Shown here: one piece after another, positions 34,221 through 34,628 of the stretch
How positions within the stretch are numbered: position 1 is the first letter of the stretch
Layout of the letters: each line of letters opens with the position of its first letter
Source of the DNA: Octopus bimaculoides
Lineage: Eukaryota
Direction: 5' to 3'
Length of the DNA stretch: 34,628 nt
NCBI RefSeq assembly: GCF_001194135.2
Contig: NC_068985.1
Coordinates: 108,408,296-108,442,923, forward strand
Program-made: the position numbers and the translations under genes
The notes under the pieces: generated by a model
Databases searched by the model: none
Seen by the model: only the letters and a program-made list of their open reading frames with translations
What the model was told of the DNA's origin: nothing

Positions 34221-34628
34221 TATTATTGTTATTATTATTATTCAGTAGTTTTATTTTTATAACGTGCTTTCACTTCACTACCGAGCGCAGCTCTGTGCGC
34301 CTTGGGTATGTGCTGTGGTTTGCTGGGGTGCTCTTATGTTTACTGTATTGAAAGTGTTTTGCGTAGAATGTGTGCAGTACCCAGTAGTGCAATTTTCTGT
34401 ATGTTATATATATATGTAAGTCCTGCTATTTTTGTTATGTATTTGTCTGAATATTTTTTTTGATAGGAATTGTTTCTGTTTTTAGATTCCACATTCGAGT
34501 TATCTCTATTTCCAGGTCTTTGTATTTTGAAAGTTTTTCCATTTCTTTTAGAGAAACGTTGTCATCTGCTGGTATTGATACATCAATTAGAAAGCATTTT
34601 TTTTCTTCATGATCTTTGACAACTATAT

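Noticed and set aside
33412-34351. 234-aa and 120-aa ORFs
   Set aside because: They run across family D repeats and a family B SINE, and show no domain-like motifs.

Overview
AT-rich, microsatellite- and SINE-dense animal genomic DNA with five assembly gaps. The repeat families look like those I recall from Octopus (inference; not searched). The main gene is a secreted inter-alpha-trypsin inhibitor heavy chain-like (VIT + vWA) gene on the minus strand. I reconstructed it by hand as 9 coding exons (17407 to 975, 1858 nt, about 619 codons). All junctions are GT-AG and phase-compatible, the MIDAS motif is intact, and the 3' end is unresolved at the window edge. A second minus-strand gene contributes a terminal exon (31854-32086) encoding a transmembrane helix and cytoplasmic tail. 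The rest is transposon debris: a full-length decayed mariner plus a second fragment, a Merlin (IS1595-like) relic, an interrupted Gypsy pol relic, R2/Hero-like and RTE-like LINE relics, a Tigger-like MITE and several tRNA-derived SINE families. The most unusual structures are: (1) a 186-bp, 100% identical inverted repeat enclosing decayed Merlin and mariner pieces; (2) a 206/208-identical inverted SINE pair bracketing one ITIH exon; (3) an 833-bp scrambled, template-switch-like insertion flanked by a 15-bp direct repeat; (4) a 27-nt in-frame microexon with an acidic Ser-Gly motif in the ITIH linker. I found no convincing wholly new multi-gene system.
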